Below, piece by piece: positions 28,687 to 39,543 of a stretch of DNA of 64,000 nucleotides (positions are counted from its first letter, which is position 1; the number at the start of each line of letters is the position of its first letter). Origin of the DNA: Vulcanimicrobiota bacterium (GTDB lineage Bacteria; Vulcanimicrobiota; Vulcanimicrobiia; Vulcanimicrobiales; Vulcanimicrobiaceae); contig CAWETW010000001.1 in NCBI GenBank assembly GCA_963812155.1, forward strand, positions 608,001-672,000, read 5' to 3'. The notes under the pieces were generated by a model. The model had not been told where the DNA came from and did not search any database. It was given only the letters and a program-made list of their open reading frames with translations. Made by a program: the position numbers and the translations under genes.

Positions 28687-29686
28687 ATGGTGCGTCGTAC
28701 TTGGTGGCGACTTCGGAGGCGAGCTCGGCGATGCGGGCGCGGGCTTCGGGCGGGTCGACGATTTCGGCTTGCGCGCCCCAGCCGAGCACCCAGCGTACGA
28801 GTTCGTCGGCGTCGGTGACGACGTAGGTGATCAGCGCCGAACCGTCGGCGCGACTTTCGATTCGCCGCTCTTCGACCACGCGCGCCGCGATGGCGGCCTT
28901 GGCCACGCGCGCCGCAAAGGCGACCGTGACGGCGATCGTCTCCTCACCGTGCATCACGCCGCTGATAGAGCCGCCGGCAAACTCGCCGATGCTGAAGCCG
29001 GCCGGCTTCAGGAACGTGCCGCCGAGGACGTCCGGCTCGCTCACGTTGTCGATGGCGAAGGTCCGCTTGTCGCGCCGGTCGTGATCGTAGCCGACGCAGT
29101 AGATGCGTCCGGCGTTGATGACGAAGCCGTAGGGGTCGATCGTGCGCGTCGAGCGGCGGCCGTCCTTGTCGCGATACGAAAAGCGTACGCTGCGCGAGGC
29201 GCGTTCGGCGGCCGAGAGCATCGCGAAGGCGCGCTCGCCATTCGCGTCGAGCGCGATTTCGGAGAGCCGGAATGCGACCGGAGATTCCCCGTTGGCGTGC
29301 ATGCGAGCGCCGCGCCCAGCCGTTCCGACGAGTTTTTCGGTGACTTCGTCGATCGAGGATCCGATGGCGCCGCCGATGCTGGCGCCCAGCGACCGCAACG
29401 CGACCAGTCCGAACAGCTCGCCGTTGCTGAGATCGAGGCGCTTCAAACTGTAGCCGCCGGCGAACCGGTACGTGTTGCTCGCGCGATCGAAGTGGATCGG
29501 GAAGCCCGCCTCGGCGAGAATCGACAGGTAACGCCGCAGGCTGCGAGTACTCGGGCGGCGGCCGCCTTCGGCAATGCGGTCCTTGAGGGACTCGAAGCTG
29601 TGATTGCCTTCGTCGATCGCGTTGAGCAATCTCACCAGGACGACGATTTTCGGTTCGCTCGGCGCGGCATCGAGCACAGCGGTCAT
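28685..29686 (-). CDS. WYL-domain transcriptional regulator (HTH-WYL-WCX, PafB/C-like)
   Basis: N-terminal HTH (RSLRRYL..L..AGFPI), F.Y......S.R.IDPYG, YCVGYD..R...RTF.IDN, WVLGWG..AEI..P. Confidence 0.9.
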   Translation of the reverse strand: MTAVLDAAPSEPKIVVLVRLLNAIDEGNHSFESLKDRIAEGGRRPSTRSLRRYLSILAEAGFPIHFDRASNTYRFAGGYSLKRLDLSNGELFGLVALRSLGASIGGAIGSSIDEVTEKLVGTAGRGARMHANGESPVAFRLSEIALDANGERAFAMLSAAERASRSVRFSYRDKDGRRSTRTIDPYGFVINAGRIYCVGYDHDRRDKRTFAIDNVSEPDVLGGTFLKPAGFSIGEFAGGSISGVMHGEETIAVTVAFAARVAKAAIAARVVEERRIESRADGSALITYVVTDADELVRWVLGWGAQAEIVDPPEARARIAELASEVATKYDAP

Positions 29687-29724
29687 GACTCACCCTGACC
29701 TACGCCAAGGCGGCGACGAAAGTT

Positions 29725-31317
29725 TCAGGGCTTCGGAAAGCACCCGTCCGGCGCGTTAATGGGCGGTGCCGTTGGGGTGGGCGGCGTGGCCGTCACGCCC
29801 ACCTCGACCGGATAGAACGAGCCGCCGTCGGTCATCGTCTCGAGCGTGGCGCGCGTTTGGCCCGGCGGCAACGTGAGCGCGGCGATTTGATACGGCACCG
29901 GCTGGCGCACGCAGCCCAGTTCGACGAGGCTCCCGTTGACGAGGAAGCTGGAGCGCGCGATGCCGGCAATCGGTCGAAAATACAGATAGGCGGTCGCCGC
30001 CGCGTCGCCGGGATTGGAGAGGTTGAGATCGACGCGGTGCGCGACGCCGTAGTCGCCGTAGTCGTGTCCGGGCGCGTTCGGATCGGCGCTCGGCGGCGTC
30101 GGTTCGCGGTCGCCGATGACGACCTTTGCGTCGGCGCCTCCGACAGCGTAGGTGAGACTATCGGATCCGAAGCCGTCGAGCCGGAAGACGCCGGTGCGCT
30201 GGTGGCCGTCGCCGGCCAGCGGCGCGCCGCCCAGGAGCGAGCGCGCATCGACGCCGGGCGACGCCGCCAGCACGGTCACCGTAATCGGTCCGCCGGAAAG
30301 CACCCGGAGGTCGACGCTTCCGGCCACGCCTTGCCGCGACGTCATCGGCGCGTCGCGCAGCGCGAACGGCGCGCCTTGCGCGACCTGCACTTCGATGCCT
30401 TCGTTCAGCGGTTTGCGCAGCAAGAAGTCGCGGCTGACCGTGTGCCCGACTTGCATCACGTCGATATTGGGGCCGGCGGGCGCGTCGACTAAGTGCACCT
30501 GCGCCGGATCGTCGCCCTCGGTGCTCAGCAGCACGACGATGCGCCGCGGATCGCCATAGTTGTCGTGGTAGTAGTAGAGGCGCGCGGGCGTTGCGGACGT
30601 CACCGTGCCGCGAAAGAGGACGCCGTCGGCGGTGACGTGTTCGGGATCGTCGTCGTAAAACAGCAGCGACGGAACGAACGGGGCGGCGGCGACGTTCTGC
30701 ACGTCTACCGTCGTCTGGCCGGTCTGGTCGAAGTAGCGCCCGTCGCTCGTGATTTGCACGGGAACGACGAACTGCTGCTGGGTTCCCGGAGCGAGCGGCT
30801 GGGCCGGCGCGTCGACGGCGCCGACGGCGGCTTGCGCGCCGGGAAGTGCCGGGGTGAGGCGCGCCACCCACGCGCGAACTTGGCGCGCGAGCCACGCGGG
30901 ATCGGCGGGATTGCCGGTGACGGTCAGCGCCGTCTGCGGCACGATCGTGCCGGCGTTGAACGCCACGCGAATCGGCACGTCGGCTTGGGCGCCGTTGGCG
31001 TCTGCGAGGTGCAGCACGTCCTCGCCGGTGGCTTGGCTTGCATCGATCGTGACGCTCGTCGCGCTCGGGTCGACGCTTACGGTGACGAGCTTGCGATCGA
31101 GCGTCGCGGTGAGCGGGGCGGTCGCGCCGCTTACGGTGACGACACGCTGCTGCGCCGGGTTGAGATTCACGGCGTTCGGCGTAACGCTCAGCGAGCCGGT
31201 TGGCGGTGCGCCCGGGAGCGGCGACGCGGTGGGCGCCGGCGATGCCGGCGCTTGGGGTGAAGGCGTCGCGGGCGCGGGCTGTGCGGCGAGGAGTCCGGCC
31301 ATCAACAGATGCAGCAT
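29725..31317 (-). CDS. Secreted hypothetical protein (Pro-rich N-terminus, beta-rich domains)
   Basis: 530 aa ORF with strong GC3 bias; LLFYDDDPE, RLYYYH.N, GDYGV; TAGAGT-6 nt-ATG. Confidence 0.7.
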   Translation of the reverse strand: MLHLLMAGLLAAQPAPATPSPQAPASPAPTASPLPGAPPTGSLSVTPNAVNLNPAQQRVVTVSGATAPLTATLDRKLVTVSVDPSATSVTIDASQATGEDVLHLADANGAQADVPIRVAFNAGTIVPQTALTVTGNPADPAWLARQVRAWVARLTPALPGAQAAVGAVDAPAQPLAPGTQQQFVVPVQITSDGRYFDQTGQTTVDVQNVAAAPFVPSLLFYDDDPEHVTADGVLFRGTVTSATPARLYYYHDNYGDPRRIVVLLSTEGDDPAQVHLVDAPAGPNIDVMQVGHTVSRDFLLRKPLNEGIEVQVAQGAPFALRDAPMTSRQGVAGSVDLRVLSGGPITVTVLAASPGVDARSLLGGAPLAGDGHQRTGVFRLDGFGSDSLTYAVGGADAKVVIGDREPTPPSADPNAPGHDYGDYGVAHRVDLNLSNPGDAAATAYLYFRPIAGIARSSFLVNGSLVELGCVRQPVPYQIAALTLPPGQTRATLETMTDGGSFYPVEVGVTATPPTPTAPPINAPDGCFPKP

Positions 31318-31372
31318 GGCGCTACTCTACGCGGCGCGATGAGTTTGCACCGCCTGGTTCGAACCCGCACGC

Positions 31373-31639
31373 ATGGCCGAATTTACGAGCTGGGATGCGT
31401 TCGATTGGAATGCCTTCGCGAAACTTCTTCCCAACGTGCCCGACGAGGTCGTCGTGCAAATGGTCCGAGCCGCGCCGCAGGGTGAGGCCGTTTTCGAGGC
31501 GTGGGAAAATGCGTGGAAGACGGCGACGGGCGCGATCGGCGTGCCGACCGAGAAGCTGGTCGCGAGCAATCGCGCGTTCCGATCGGTGATTGCGGCGTTC
31601 TACAAAGCCGAAGCGGCGCGGCGCGGTCTCGACGTCTGA
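31373..31639 (+). CDS. Hypothetical protein
   Basis: 88 aa ORF with normal codon usage, 3 bp upstream of the MaoC gene. Confidence 0.6.
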   Translation: MAEFTSWDAFDWNAFAKLLPNVPDEVVVQMVRAAPQGEAVFEAWENAWKTATGAIGVPTEKLVASNRAFRSVIAAFYKAEAARRGLDV

Positions 31640-31642
31640 CCC

Positions 31643-32089
31643 GTGGCGAAGGCGTTTCTCGACGATTTCGCCGTCGGCGAGACGTTTGAAACCGCGGAGC
31701 TGACGATTTCCGCCGACGAGAGCTTCGCGTTCGCGCGCGCCTTCGACCCGCAGCCGTTCCATCTGGATGCCGGCGCGGCCAAGCGCAGCGTGTTCGGAGA
31801 GCTCACGTGCAGCGGCTGGCACACGACGGCGGTAACGATGCGGCTGGTGGTCGAGTCGGGCGTCATGCGGGAAACCGGCATTATCGGCAGCGGCATCGAC
31901 GAACTGCGGTGGCTCGCGCCGGTGAAGCCTGGCGACACGTTACGCGTTCGCGGTGAAATCGTGGAGCGGATTCGCTCGGAGCGGCGCCCCGATCGCGGAA
32001 CGCTGCGCGTTCGGCTGGAAACGCTCAATCAGCACGACGTTGTAGTGCTGTCGCAAATCGCGAATTTGGTAATGCCGGCGCGTGCGTAA
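31643..32089 (+). CDS. MaoC-like (hot-dog) dehydratase
   Basis: FDPQPFHLD, SGWHT, LRWLAPVKPGDTL. Confidence 0.9.
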   Translation: MAKAFLDDFAVGETFETAELTISADESFAFARAFDPQPFHLDAGAAKRSVFGELTCSGWHTTAVTMRLVVESGVMRETGIIGSGIDELRWLAPVKPGDTLRVRGEIVERIRSERRPDRGTLRVRLETLNQHDVVVLSQIANLVMPARA

Positions 32090-32117
32090 TCCGGTCGATG
32101 TAGAGTTTGGTCCCTAA

Positions 32118-32168
32118 CCCGAGATTGGTATCTCGGGGGCCAGCATCGTTAATCTGGCCCCCAAGATG
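32118..32168. terminator. Overlapping hairpins between convergent genes
   Basis: CCCGAGAT-TGGT-ATCTCGGG and GGGGGCCAG-10-CTGGCCCCC. Confidence 0.45.
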
Positions 32169-32181
32169 ATACGGGGAGAAG

Positions 32182-33225
32182 CTAGATGTGCTTCGCTGCT
32201 ACGACACCGAGTGGTTCGTCGAAGCTGCCCGTAAGGATCGCAACCGCGGCACCACCGGCTGGGTACGCGAACACCTCGCCGTCGTTGTTTCCGGCGTCGC
32301 CGCAGTAGATCAGACCTTTAACGATCCAGGTTTGCGCGCAGTCGCTCGCTCCAGAGTATTGGATCGTGCGCTTGAGCGTGGCCGTCGTTCCGCTCACCGT
32401 GTACCGATACGTTTCGCTCGTGATCTGATCGAAGACGGTGATGAAATTTCCATCCCACTGCACGGATCCGGGGAACTGGGGAGAGTTGCTCGTTTTGATG
32501 GTCACGAAGTTCTTGGCGCCTGCAGGAAGCTCGACGAGCGTGAAGTTCCCGTTCGCATCGAAGCCGTCGGCAAAGAGATTGCCGCTCGGGTCGTAACCGC
32601 AGAAATACTCTCTGGCCAAGGGCGTGGGATAGACCTTGCCCGTCCCAGTTGCTCCCTTGAAAATGATGACCTGCCCGGCGTTGCTGAAGCTATCACCCAG
32701 CAGAACTCCGACTGCAAGGTCGCCGTTTTTATTCATGGCGCAGCTGGACGTGTACGTATAGTTGAGGGGCAGCGTCTTGAGCACCTTATTGCTGGGGACG
32801 GCGTATTCGGTAATCACGTTATTGGTACGCCCCGCGTTCCACATGATGTTTTTCCCGTAGCCTTGCAGACGGTTCGTGCACCCCTGGCCGCCGGCACCGT
32901 TAAGCGTACCGACCTGGTTGGTGCTGGTCGGATAGTTGAACATGCTGGCGTACGAGTAATAGAAGTTGAAGACGTACTCGTACTGCGTGACTTTAGCATT
33001 TGGGACGAGCTGAGCGTAACGAGGAAGCGGGTTGATCCTCGCCGCCGTCGTCGGCTTTCCATGGAGAAACAGCGTCTTGCCGACGTAGTGCGGCTTGAGC
33101 GAGACGGCTTCGCTCGACGAAGCGGCCGAGCCCAGCGGCGCGACCGACGAGCCGCTTCCGCATGCCGAAACAACTGCAAGTGCGACGATGGCGCCGGCGC
33201 ACTTTAGTAAACCACGGGTGTTCAT
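32182..33225 (-). CDS. Hypothetical beta-propeller lipoprotein
   Basis: SD AAAGGAG, lipobox VSAC; FCGYDPSGNLF.DG, PGSVQWDG, V.AYPAGG. Confidence 0.75.
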   Translation of the reverse strand: MNTRGLLKCAGAIVALAVVSACGSGSSVAPLGSAASSSEAVSLKPHYVGKTLFLHGKPTTAARINPLPRYAQLVPNAKVTQYEYVFNFYYSYASMFNYPTSTNQVGTLNGAGGQGCTNRLQGYGKNIMWNAGRTNNVITEYAVPSNKVLKTLPLNYTYTSSCAMNKNGDLAVGVLLGDSFSNAGQVIIFKGATGTGKVYPTPLAREYFCGYDPSGNLFADGFDANGNFTLVELPAGAKNFVTIKTSNSPQFPGSVQWDGNFITVFDQITSETYRYTVSGTTATLKRTIQYSGASDCAQTWIVKGLIYCGDAGNNDGEVFAYPAGGAAVAILTGSFDEPLGVVAAKHI

Positions 33226-33412
33226 TAACCTTGCTCCTTTGAAATTATCAGGCGTCGTGCCCGGCTTCTTGCAGTGTGAGGCATAGTTGCCAACCAGCAC
33301 GGCTAATAGCAGCACTGGCGTGCGCTTCGACTGGGATTTGGGCCCGGCCTCCGTGAGCGCATTCATGAATCGCTTTATTGACGCACGGGGCGCATCGCGG
33401 CAGGTAGTGCCA

Positions 33413-33456
33413 GTCCTTCGACTGCGCGCCTGCGGGCGCTTCGCTCAGGATGACAC
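33413..33456 (+). repeat. Single REP-like element
   Basis: GTCCTTCGACTGC-GCGCC TGCG GGCGC-TTCGCTCAGGATGACAC. Confidence 0.85.
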
Positions 33457-33547
33457 AACCAGCGCCACTGCTCACGGTCAGGTGGGGTGCGCGCTGCGGT
33501 CGGCGTGGCACCAATTAGCGGCGGTCAGCCGTGACACGGTTAGACGG

Positions 33548-36048
33548 TCAGGATGACACGGCGGGTTCGGGCGGCGCAGCGGCGGGCGGTTCGACAGACG
33601 GAATCTTCGAATACTTCATCTTGTCGGGATCGTCGGGATCGACGTCGCCGAGGATGTGATCGCCGCTGCCGAAGACGCCTTTAATCATCTCCTCGGCCAA
33701 CTCGTCTTCGACCATGCGCTGAATCGCGCGCCGCAACGGACGCGCGCCGAACTGTGGATCCCAACCTTTGCGCGCGAGCAAAAGTTTGCCCGCATCGGTG
33801 ACCTTGAGATCCATCTCCTGCGCCTTGACTTCGCGGACGACTTTTTCGAGCTCGAGCGTCACGATTTGCTCGATCTCTTCTCGCGTCAGTTGATGGAACA
33901 CGACGATCTCGTCAACGCGGTTGAGGAACTCGGGGCGGAACGTCGTCTTCACTTCCTCGAGCACTTTATTCTTCATGCGCTCGTAGGCTTTTTGTTCGTC
34001 TTCCGCCGTGCTCTTTTGCGGGCGGAAACCGATATCTGTGGTCGTAGCCATGCCGGTCGCGCCGACGTTCGACGTCATCACGAGCACGCAGTTCTTGAAA
34101 TCGACTTGGCGGCCCTGAGAGTCGGTCAGACGGCCGTCGTCGAGCACTTGCAGCAAGAGATTGAAGACATCGGGGTGCGCCTTTTCGATTTCGTCGAGCA
34201 GCACGACTGCATACGGACGGCGACGCACCGCTTCGGTGAGTTGTCCGCCTTCTTCATATCCCACGTATCCCGGCGGCGCTCCGACGAGCCGGCTCACCGA
34301 ATACTTCTCCATGTACTCCGACATGTCGATGCGAATCATCGATTCGTCGTCGTCGAACAGCAATGCCGCGACGCTGCGCGCGACTTCGGTTTTCCCGACG
34401 CCGGTCGGCCCCAGGAAGATGAACGAGCCGATCGGCCGGCTCGGATTCTTGAGGCCGGCGCGCGAACGGCGAATGGCGCGCGTAATCACTTCGATCGCTT
34501 CGTCTTGGCCGACGACGCGCTCGTGCAGCAGATCCTTCATCTTCAGCAGTTTGGCGGTTTCGGCTTCGGCGAGGCGGCTCACCGGGATGCGCGTCCACGC
34601 CGATACGATGTCGGCGACGTTTTCCGCGGTCACGCGCAGAATGCGGTCGGCTTGCAATCGGCGTTCCTGCCACTGCTGCTCGAGGCGCGCCGCTCGAGGC
34701 GCAACTTCTCTTCGCGGTCGCGAATGGCGGCGGCTTTGTCGAACTCCTGATTCTTGACGACGGCTTCTTTTTCGGCGACAACCGAGCGCAGCTGCGCATC
34801 GATCTCGCGAACTTCCGGCGGCGGAAGCGTTGCCTGCAAACGTACGCGCGAACTCGCTTCGTCGATGAGGTCGACGGCTTTATCGGGAAGGAAGCGATCG
34901 GTGATGTAGCGATCGCTCAACTTTGCCGCTGCGCTCAGCGCTTCGTCGGTGATCTGAACCTTGTGGTGCGCTTCGTAGCGGTCGCGCAGGCCCTTAAGGA
35001 TCTCGACCGTTTCGGCGACGCTAGGCTCGCCGACCATCACCGGCTGGAAGCGCCGTTCGAGTGCCGAGTCCTTTTCGATGTGCTTGCGAAATTCGTTGAG
35101 GGTCGTCGCACCGATGCACTGCAGTTCGCCGCGCGCGAGCGCCGGCTTGATGATGTTGCTGGCGTCGATCGCGCCTTCGGCTGCGCCCGCACCGACGAGC
35201 GTGTGCAGTTCGTCGATAAAAAGGATGATCTCGCCGGCGGCGCCGCGGATTTCGTCCATGACGCGCTTCATGCGCTCTTCGAACTCGCCGCGGTACTTCG
35301 TGCCGGCAACTAAGCCCGCCAAGTCGAGCGTGATGACGCGCCGGTCGCGCAGCGGTTCGGGAATGTCGCCCTTGATGACGCGCTGCGCCAGACCTTCGGC
35401 GATCGCCGTCTTGCCGACGCCGGGCTCGCCGATGAGCGCCGGGTTGTTTTTCGTACGCCGCGAGAGAATCTGAATGACGCGCTCGATCTCGTTGTTGCGG
35501 CCGATGACCGGATCGAGTTTGTTGTCGCGCGCGAGCTGGGTGAGGTCGCGCCCGTACGCGTCGAGCGTCGGCGTCTTGCTCTTGCCCTTAGGCGCGGGCG
35601 GCTGCCCTTCGGCCCCAAGCAGCGAGGTCGTCTGCACGCGGACCTTGGCCGGGTCGACGCCGAGGTTGGTGAGCACGCGAGCGGCGACGCCTTCGCCCTC
35701 GCGGATGAGTCCGAGCAGGAGGTGCTCGGTTCCGATGTAGTTGTGGTTGAGCTGGCGGGCCTCTTCGAAGGCGAGCTCGATGACGCGCTTGGCGCGCGGA
35801 GTGAAGACCATCTCCTGCTGGACGGTCTGGCCGCCGCGGCCGACGATGGCCTCGACTTCTTGGCGGACCTTGGCGAGGTTGACGCCGAGCGACTCGAGCA
35901 CTTTGGCGGCAAGGCTCTCGCCCTCGGAGATGATTCCGAGCAGAATATGCTCGGTCCCTATGTAATTGTTGCCGAGGCGCTGCGCCTCTTCTTGAGCGAG
36001 CACGATGCTACGACGCGCTCGCTCGGTGAAGGGCTCCCACATTGACAT
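33548..36048 (-). CDS. clpC: ATP-dependent Clp protease ATPase subunit; one frameshift near 34686
   Basis: Two Clp-N repeats, [11 protein letters not shown]-type middle domain, [15 protein letters not shown]. Restoring one base joins ...RLERR to [14 protein letters not shown]. Confidence 0.95.
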
Positions 36049-36213
36049 CGGTTTCGGCTATCCTTTCCGCGCGTTACCTTGTAACTCTACCGCAGCCGGA
36101 CCGGTTTCGTAACGCGAACCGCCTTAAGTCTCTTGTCGGACGCGGGGCTTGCCAGGTCCTTCCTTAAAGGGTGTTCCAGGTGTTTTGCGAGGGTACGCGG
36201 GGAATCCCGACTC

Positions 36214-36525
36214 ATGCCGACCGTTGAGCAGGTGCGCGATGCGCTCGTCGACGTCAAGGACCCCGAGTTGAACCTCGGCATCCTTGAACTGGGTTAAGTT
36301 TACGACATTGCAGTCGAAGGCGAAAACGGCGAGCACGTCAACGTCATGATGACGCTGACCTCGCCGATGTGCCCGGTCGGGCCGATGTTCAAGAAGTCGG
36401 TCGAAGACAAAGTGCTCTCGCTCGAGGGCGTCAAAGACGCGAACGTCGAGATCACCTTCACACCGCCGTGGGACCCACGCACCATGGCATCCGACGACGT
36501 GAAAGTGCTGCTCGGTATCTGGTAA
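36214..36525 (+). CDS. Metal-sulfur cluster assembly factor (DUF59/SufT-like); in-frame TAA at 36295
   Basis: MPTVEQVRDALVDVKDPELNLGILELG*VYDI...MTLTSPMCPVG...FTPPW; absent from the ORF track. Confidence 0.85.
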
Positions 36526-36551
36526 GCCCCTCAACCCAAAGGAGCACCGTC

Positions 36552-37925
36552 ATGAATCGTAGCCGCTTCTTGCTTTCCTCTGCGTCGGCCACCGCACTCG
36601 CCGCCTGTTCGTCCCCTAACGCATTCATCGAACCCGTATCGCGCGGATTCCAGCGCCAAGGTTCGCCGTTCGCAAAGACCCTCTTCACGCGGATGGAGAT
36701 CGAAGAGTTCAGCAAGCACCCCGATCTCGTAGCAGCACTCCGCACGGGCATTCAAACGATGCGTGACGTCGTCGACCCGAGAAACACGGGAAGCTACAAA
36801 TACTGGCACAACAGCCACTGGATGCCCGCCGGCAATCCTCCGCCCGATATGATTTCCGTTTGGAATCAATGCAAGCACGCAGATTCATTTTTCATCTCGT
36901 GGCACCGCGGCTTCTTATACTACTTCGAACAAATATTGCGTCAGGCGTCGGGCAACAAAAACTTTTGCTTGCCGTATTGGGACTACTACAAGAATCCGAA
37001 TCTTCCGAAGATCTTTACCGAACCGACGCTGAAGGACGGCGCCGCCAACCCGCTCTACTGGTCGAGACGGCAGCGTACGAACGTGCCAGGTTTGACGTTT
37101 AGCGCGTTCGACGACAGCGTGACCGTCTTTCCGTGGGGACCGGGCACAACTTTCGAGGACCTGGCCGAGCGCAATCCGCACAACCGCGTGCACGACCAAG
37201 TCGGCGGCTCGATGGGGCAAGTGCCATCAGCGCCTCAGGACCCCATCTTCTGGGTGCATCACTGCAATATCGACCGCTATTGGTCGGCGTGGATCGCGGC
37301 GGGGAATGGCCGTCACATGCCGCCTGACAACGACGGGCTGTTTTGGAACCAGCGGTTTGCCTACAACCTCGGCGGATCGTGGAACGTCAGCGTTCGTGAA
37401 ATGAACGATTCGAAAAACCTCGGGTATACCTACGATAGCCTTTCGCTGCCCACGCCGCCGCGGAACGCTTTACTGCCGGCACGGCCGCCGGTTGCTGCGA
37501 GGGGTGTGCAGAACTCCGCCGGCGCGATCTCGCTGGGCCTGCGACCGGTAACGATTGAAATTCCGCTCGAAGGCCTCGTCGCGAGCGCACGCTCGGTGTC
37601 GATTGAGCTCGACGGAGTGCAACTTACGGCTCTTGGCGCACGCGGCGGCTACAGTTTCGGAGTCTATGCCAATCTACCGATGGCCCGAGCGCCGATTACG
37701 CAGGCACGCTCGTTCGAAATCGGTGAGTTCGGGAGCTTCGAACTGTCGATGCCGCGCATGAACGGCATGGCGATGTCGCCGGGCGGCGCGAGGACGCTTC
37801 AATTCACGGCGACCGGACCGGGGACATCGCTGTTCCTCTCCTTCGTCGCCTTCGGTGGCCCGGCCGGCGTGACCAGCGATGCGGAACTCGTGCGGATCGG
37901 CCGGATCAGCGTGGCGCCGCATTAG
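36552..37925 (+). CDS. Tyrosinase family (type 3 copper) protein with Tat-like lipoprotein signal
   Basis: MNRSRFLL...LAAC; CuA H...CKH...F.SWHR; LPYWD; CuB HNRVH...DPIFWVHHCNIDR. Confidence 0.88.
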   Translation: MNRSRFLLSSASATALAACSSPNAFIEPVSRGFQRQGSPFAKTLFTRMEIEEFSKHPDLVAALRTGIQTMRDVVDPRNTGSYKYWHNSHWMPAGNPPPDMISVWNQCKHADSFFISWHRGFLYYFEQILRQASGNKNFCLPYWDYYKNPNLPKIFTEPTLKDGAANPLYWSRRQRTNVPGLTFSAFDDSVTVFPWGPGTTFEDLAERNPHNRVHDQVGGSMGQVPSAPQDPIFWVHHCNIDRYWSAWIAAGNGRHMPPDNDGLFWNQRFAYNLGGSWNVSVREMNDSKNLGYTYDSLSLPTPPRNALLPARPPVAARGVQNSAGAISLGLRPVTIEIPLEGLVASARSVSIELDGVQLTALGARGGYSFGVYANLPMARAPITQARSFEIGEFGSFELSMPRMNGMAMSPGGARTLQFTATGPGTSLFLSFVAFGGPAGVTSDAELVRIGRISVAPH

Positions 37926-38088
37926 CGCAGATGAGTTGACAGCGCGTGGTACGATAGGCCTGTTATGAAACCCGTTCGTTTTGGGGTATTTCCCGCTCAC
38001 ACGCACCGATAACCCGGACCGAACGCTCGTTGGTTCTGAAACCGAGGTTATCGCCTCGGTTTCTTCTTTTTGACGAGGAGCAAGCATC

Positions 38089-39543
38089 TTGCGACGGCTT
38101 TCATATTCTTTCGACTCGCGCTGGAGCGCGCTGATCGTCCTGTGCACCGGAATGTTGATGATCGTTCTCGACAACACGGTCGTCAACGTCGCGCTTTCCT
38201 CCATTCAGCACGACCTCGGCTTTACCAACGCCGGGCTCGCGTGGCCCGTAAATGCGTACATGATCGCATTCGGCGGTACGTTGCTGTTGGCGGGTCGCTT
38301 GGGCGATCTCGTCGGTACGAAACGCATCTTTGCGGTCGGCATCTGCATTTTCACCGTTGCCTCGTTACTCTGCGGCCTTTCGAATTCACAGTGGATGTTG
38401 GTCGGCGCGCGCTTCGTTCAAGGCCTAGGAGGCGCGATGGCGTCGGCGGTCATTTTAGCGATGATTTTCACCACGTTCACCGGCGCGCACGACCGCGCGA
38501 AAGCGCTTTCCGTGTTCAGCTTCACCGCCTCGGCCGGCGGATCGGTGGGACTGCTCGTCGGCGGCGTACTCACGCAAGCCCTCAATTGGCACTGGATCTT
38601 TTTCGTGAACGTTCCCATTGGAATTGCCACATATTTCTTTGCGAAGCGCATTATCCCGGATGCGCACGGCATCGGCATACAGGAGGGCGCCGACGGCTTC
38701 GGAGCGTCCATGTTGACGCTGTCGCTCATGCTGGCGGTCTACGCGGTCGTGCAGGTGCCTCAAGGCGAATCGTTGTGGCAGATCGGGGCATGCGGCGCGG
38801 TCAGCGTCGCCCTTATGGCGATGTTCGTCGTTCGTCAGGCACGCAGCGAGAAGCCGTTGCTTCCCTTGCACGTATTTCGTGCCCCCAACGTCGTCTGGAG
38901 CAACGTCCTTCAAGTGCTCGTCGTCACCGGTCTGTTTGCGTTCTTCTTCCTTTACTCGCTGTACTTGCGCCGAGTGCTGGAGTACGACGCGATCCGAACG
39001 GGGCTCGCATTCCTTCCGATCACGATCGCAATCGGCATCCTCTCGGTTGGCCCGTCGGCACGCCTCATGCAGCGTTTCGGACCGCGCGTACCGCTGATCG
39101 CGGGTCTTCTCTTGTCGGCAGCGGGCCTCGCGGTGTTTGCGCTTGCGTCCCCGCACGCGTCGTTCGCAGCCGTGATTCTTCCGGCAATGTTGCTCATGGG
39201 CGTCGGGATGGGCATCGCATTCCCGTGCGTGATGGATTTTGCCATGTCGACCGCCACCCCATCGGACGCCGGGCTCATTTCCGGATTGGTCAATACCAGC
39301 GCCGAGGTCGGCGGGGCGCTTGGTCTCGCGGTGCTCGCTGCAATCGCTGCCACGTACACGAGCTCCGCTCTTTCCGCCGGGCTCTCATCCTCGGAAGCGC
39401 TGACCGCGGGGTATCGCCTTGCATTCGGCATCTGCACGATCTGCCTGCTCTTGAGCGCCGCGATATCCGCGTTTGGATTGCAGATGCCGAGGACCACTCG
39501 CGAAGGGTGCGCGCGCGGTGCCGTGCAACACGCACGACGATGA
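38089..39543 (+). CDS. MFS transporter, DHA2 (14-TM) type
   Basis: [40 protein letters not shown]. Confidence 0.9.
   Translation: MRRLSYSFDSRWSALIVLCTGMLMIVLDNTVVNVALSSIQHDLGFTNAGLAWPVNAYMIAFGGTLLLAGRLGDLVGTKRIFAVGICIFTVASLLCGLSNSQWMLVGARFVQGLGGAMASAVILAMIFTTFTGAHDRAKALSVFSFTASAGGSVGLLVGGVLTQALNWHWIFFVNVPIGIATYFFAKRIIPDAHGIGIQEGADGFGASMLTLSLMLAVYAVVQVPQGESLWQIGACGAVSVALMAMFVVRQARSEKPLLPLHVFRAPNVVWSNVLQVLVVTGLFAFFFLYSLYLRRVLEYDAIRTGLAFLPITIAIGILSVGPSARLMQRFGPRVPLIAGLLLSAAGLAVFALASPHASFAAVILPAMLLMGVGMGIAFPCVMDFAMSTATPSDAGLISGLVNTSAEVGGALGLAVLAAIAATYTSSALSAGLSSSEALTAGYRLAFGICTICLLLSAAISAFGLQMPRTTREGCARGAVQHARR

Noticed and set aside
34630..34700. Programmed frameshift or split clpC
   Set aside because: No slippery sequence; a single missing base in a GC run explains it, as with other indels in the window.
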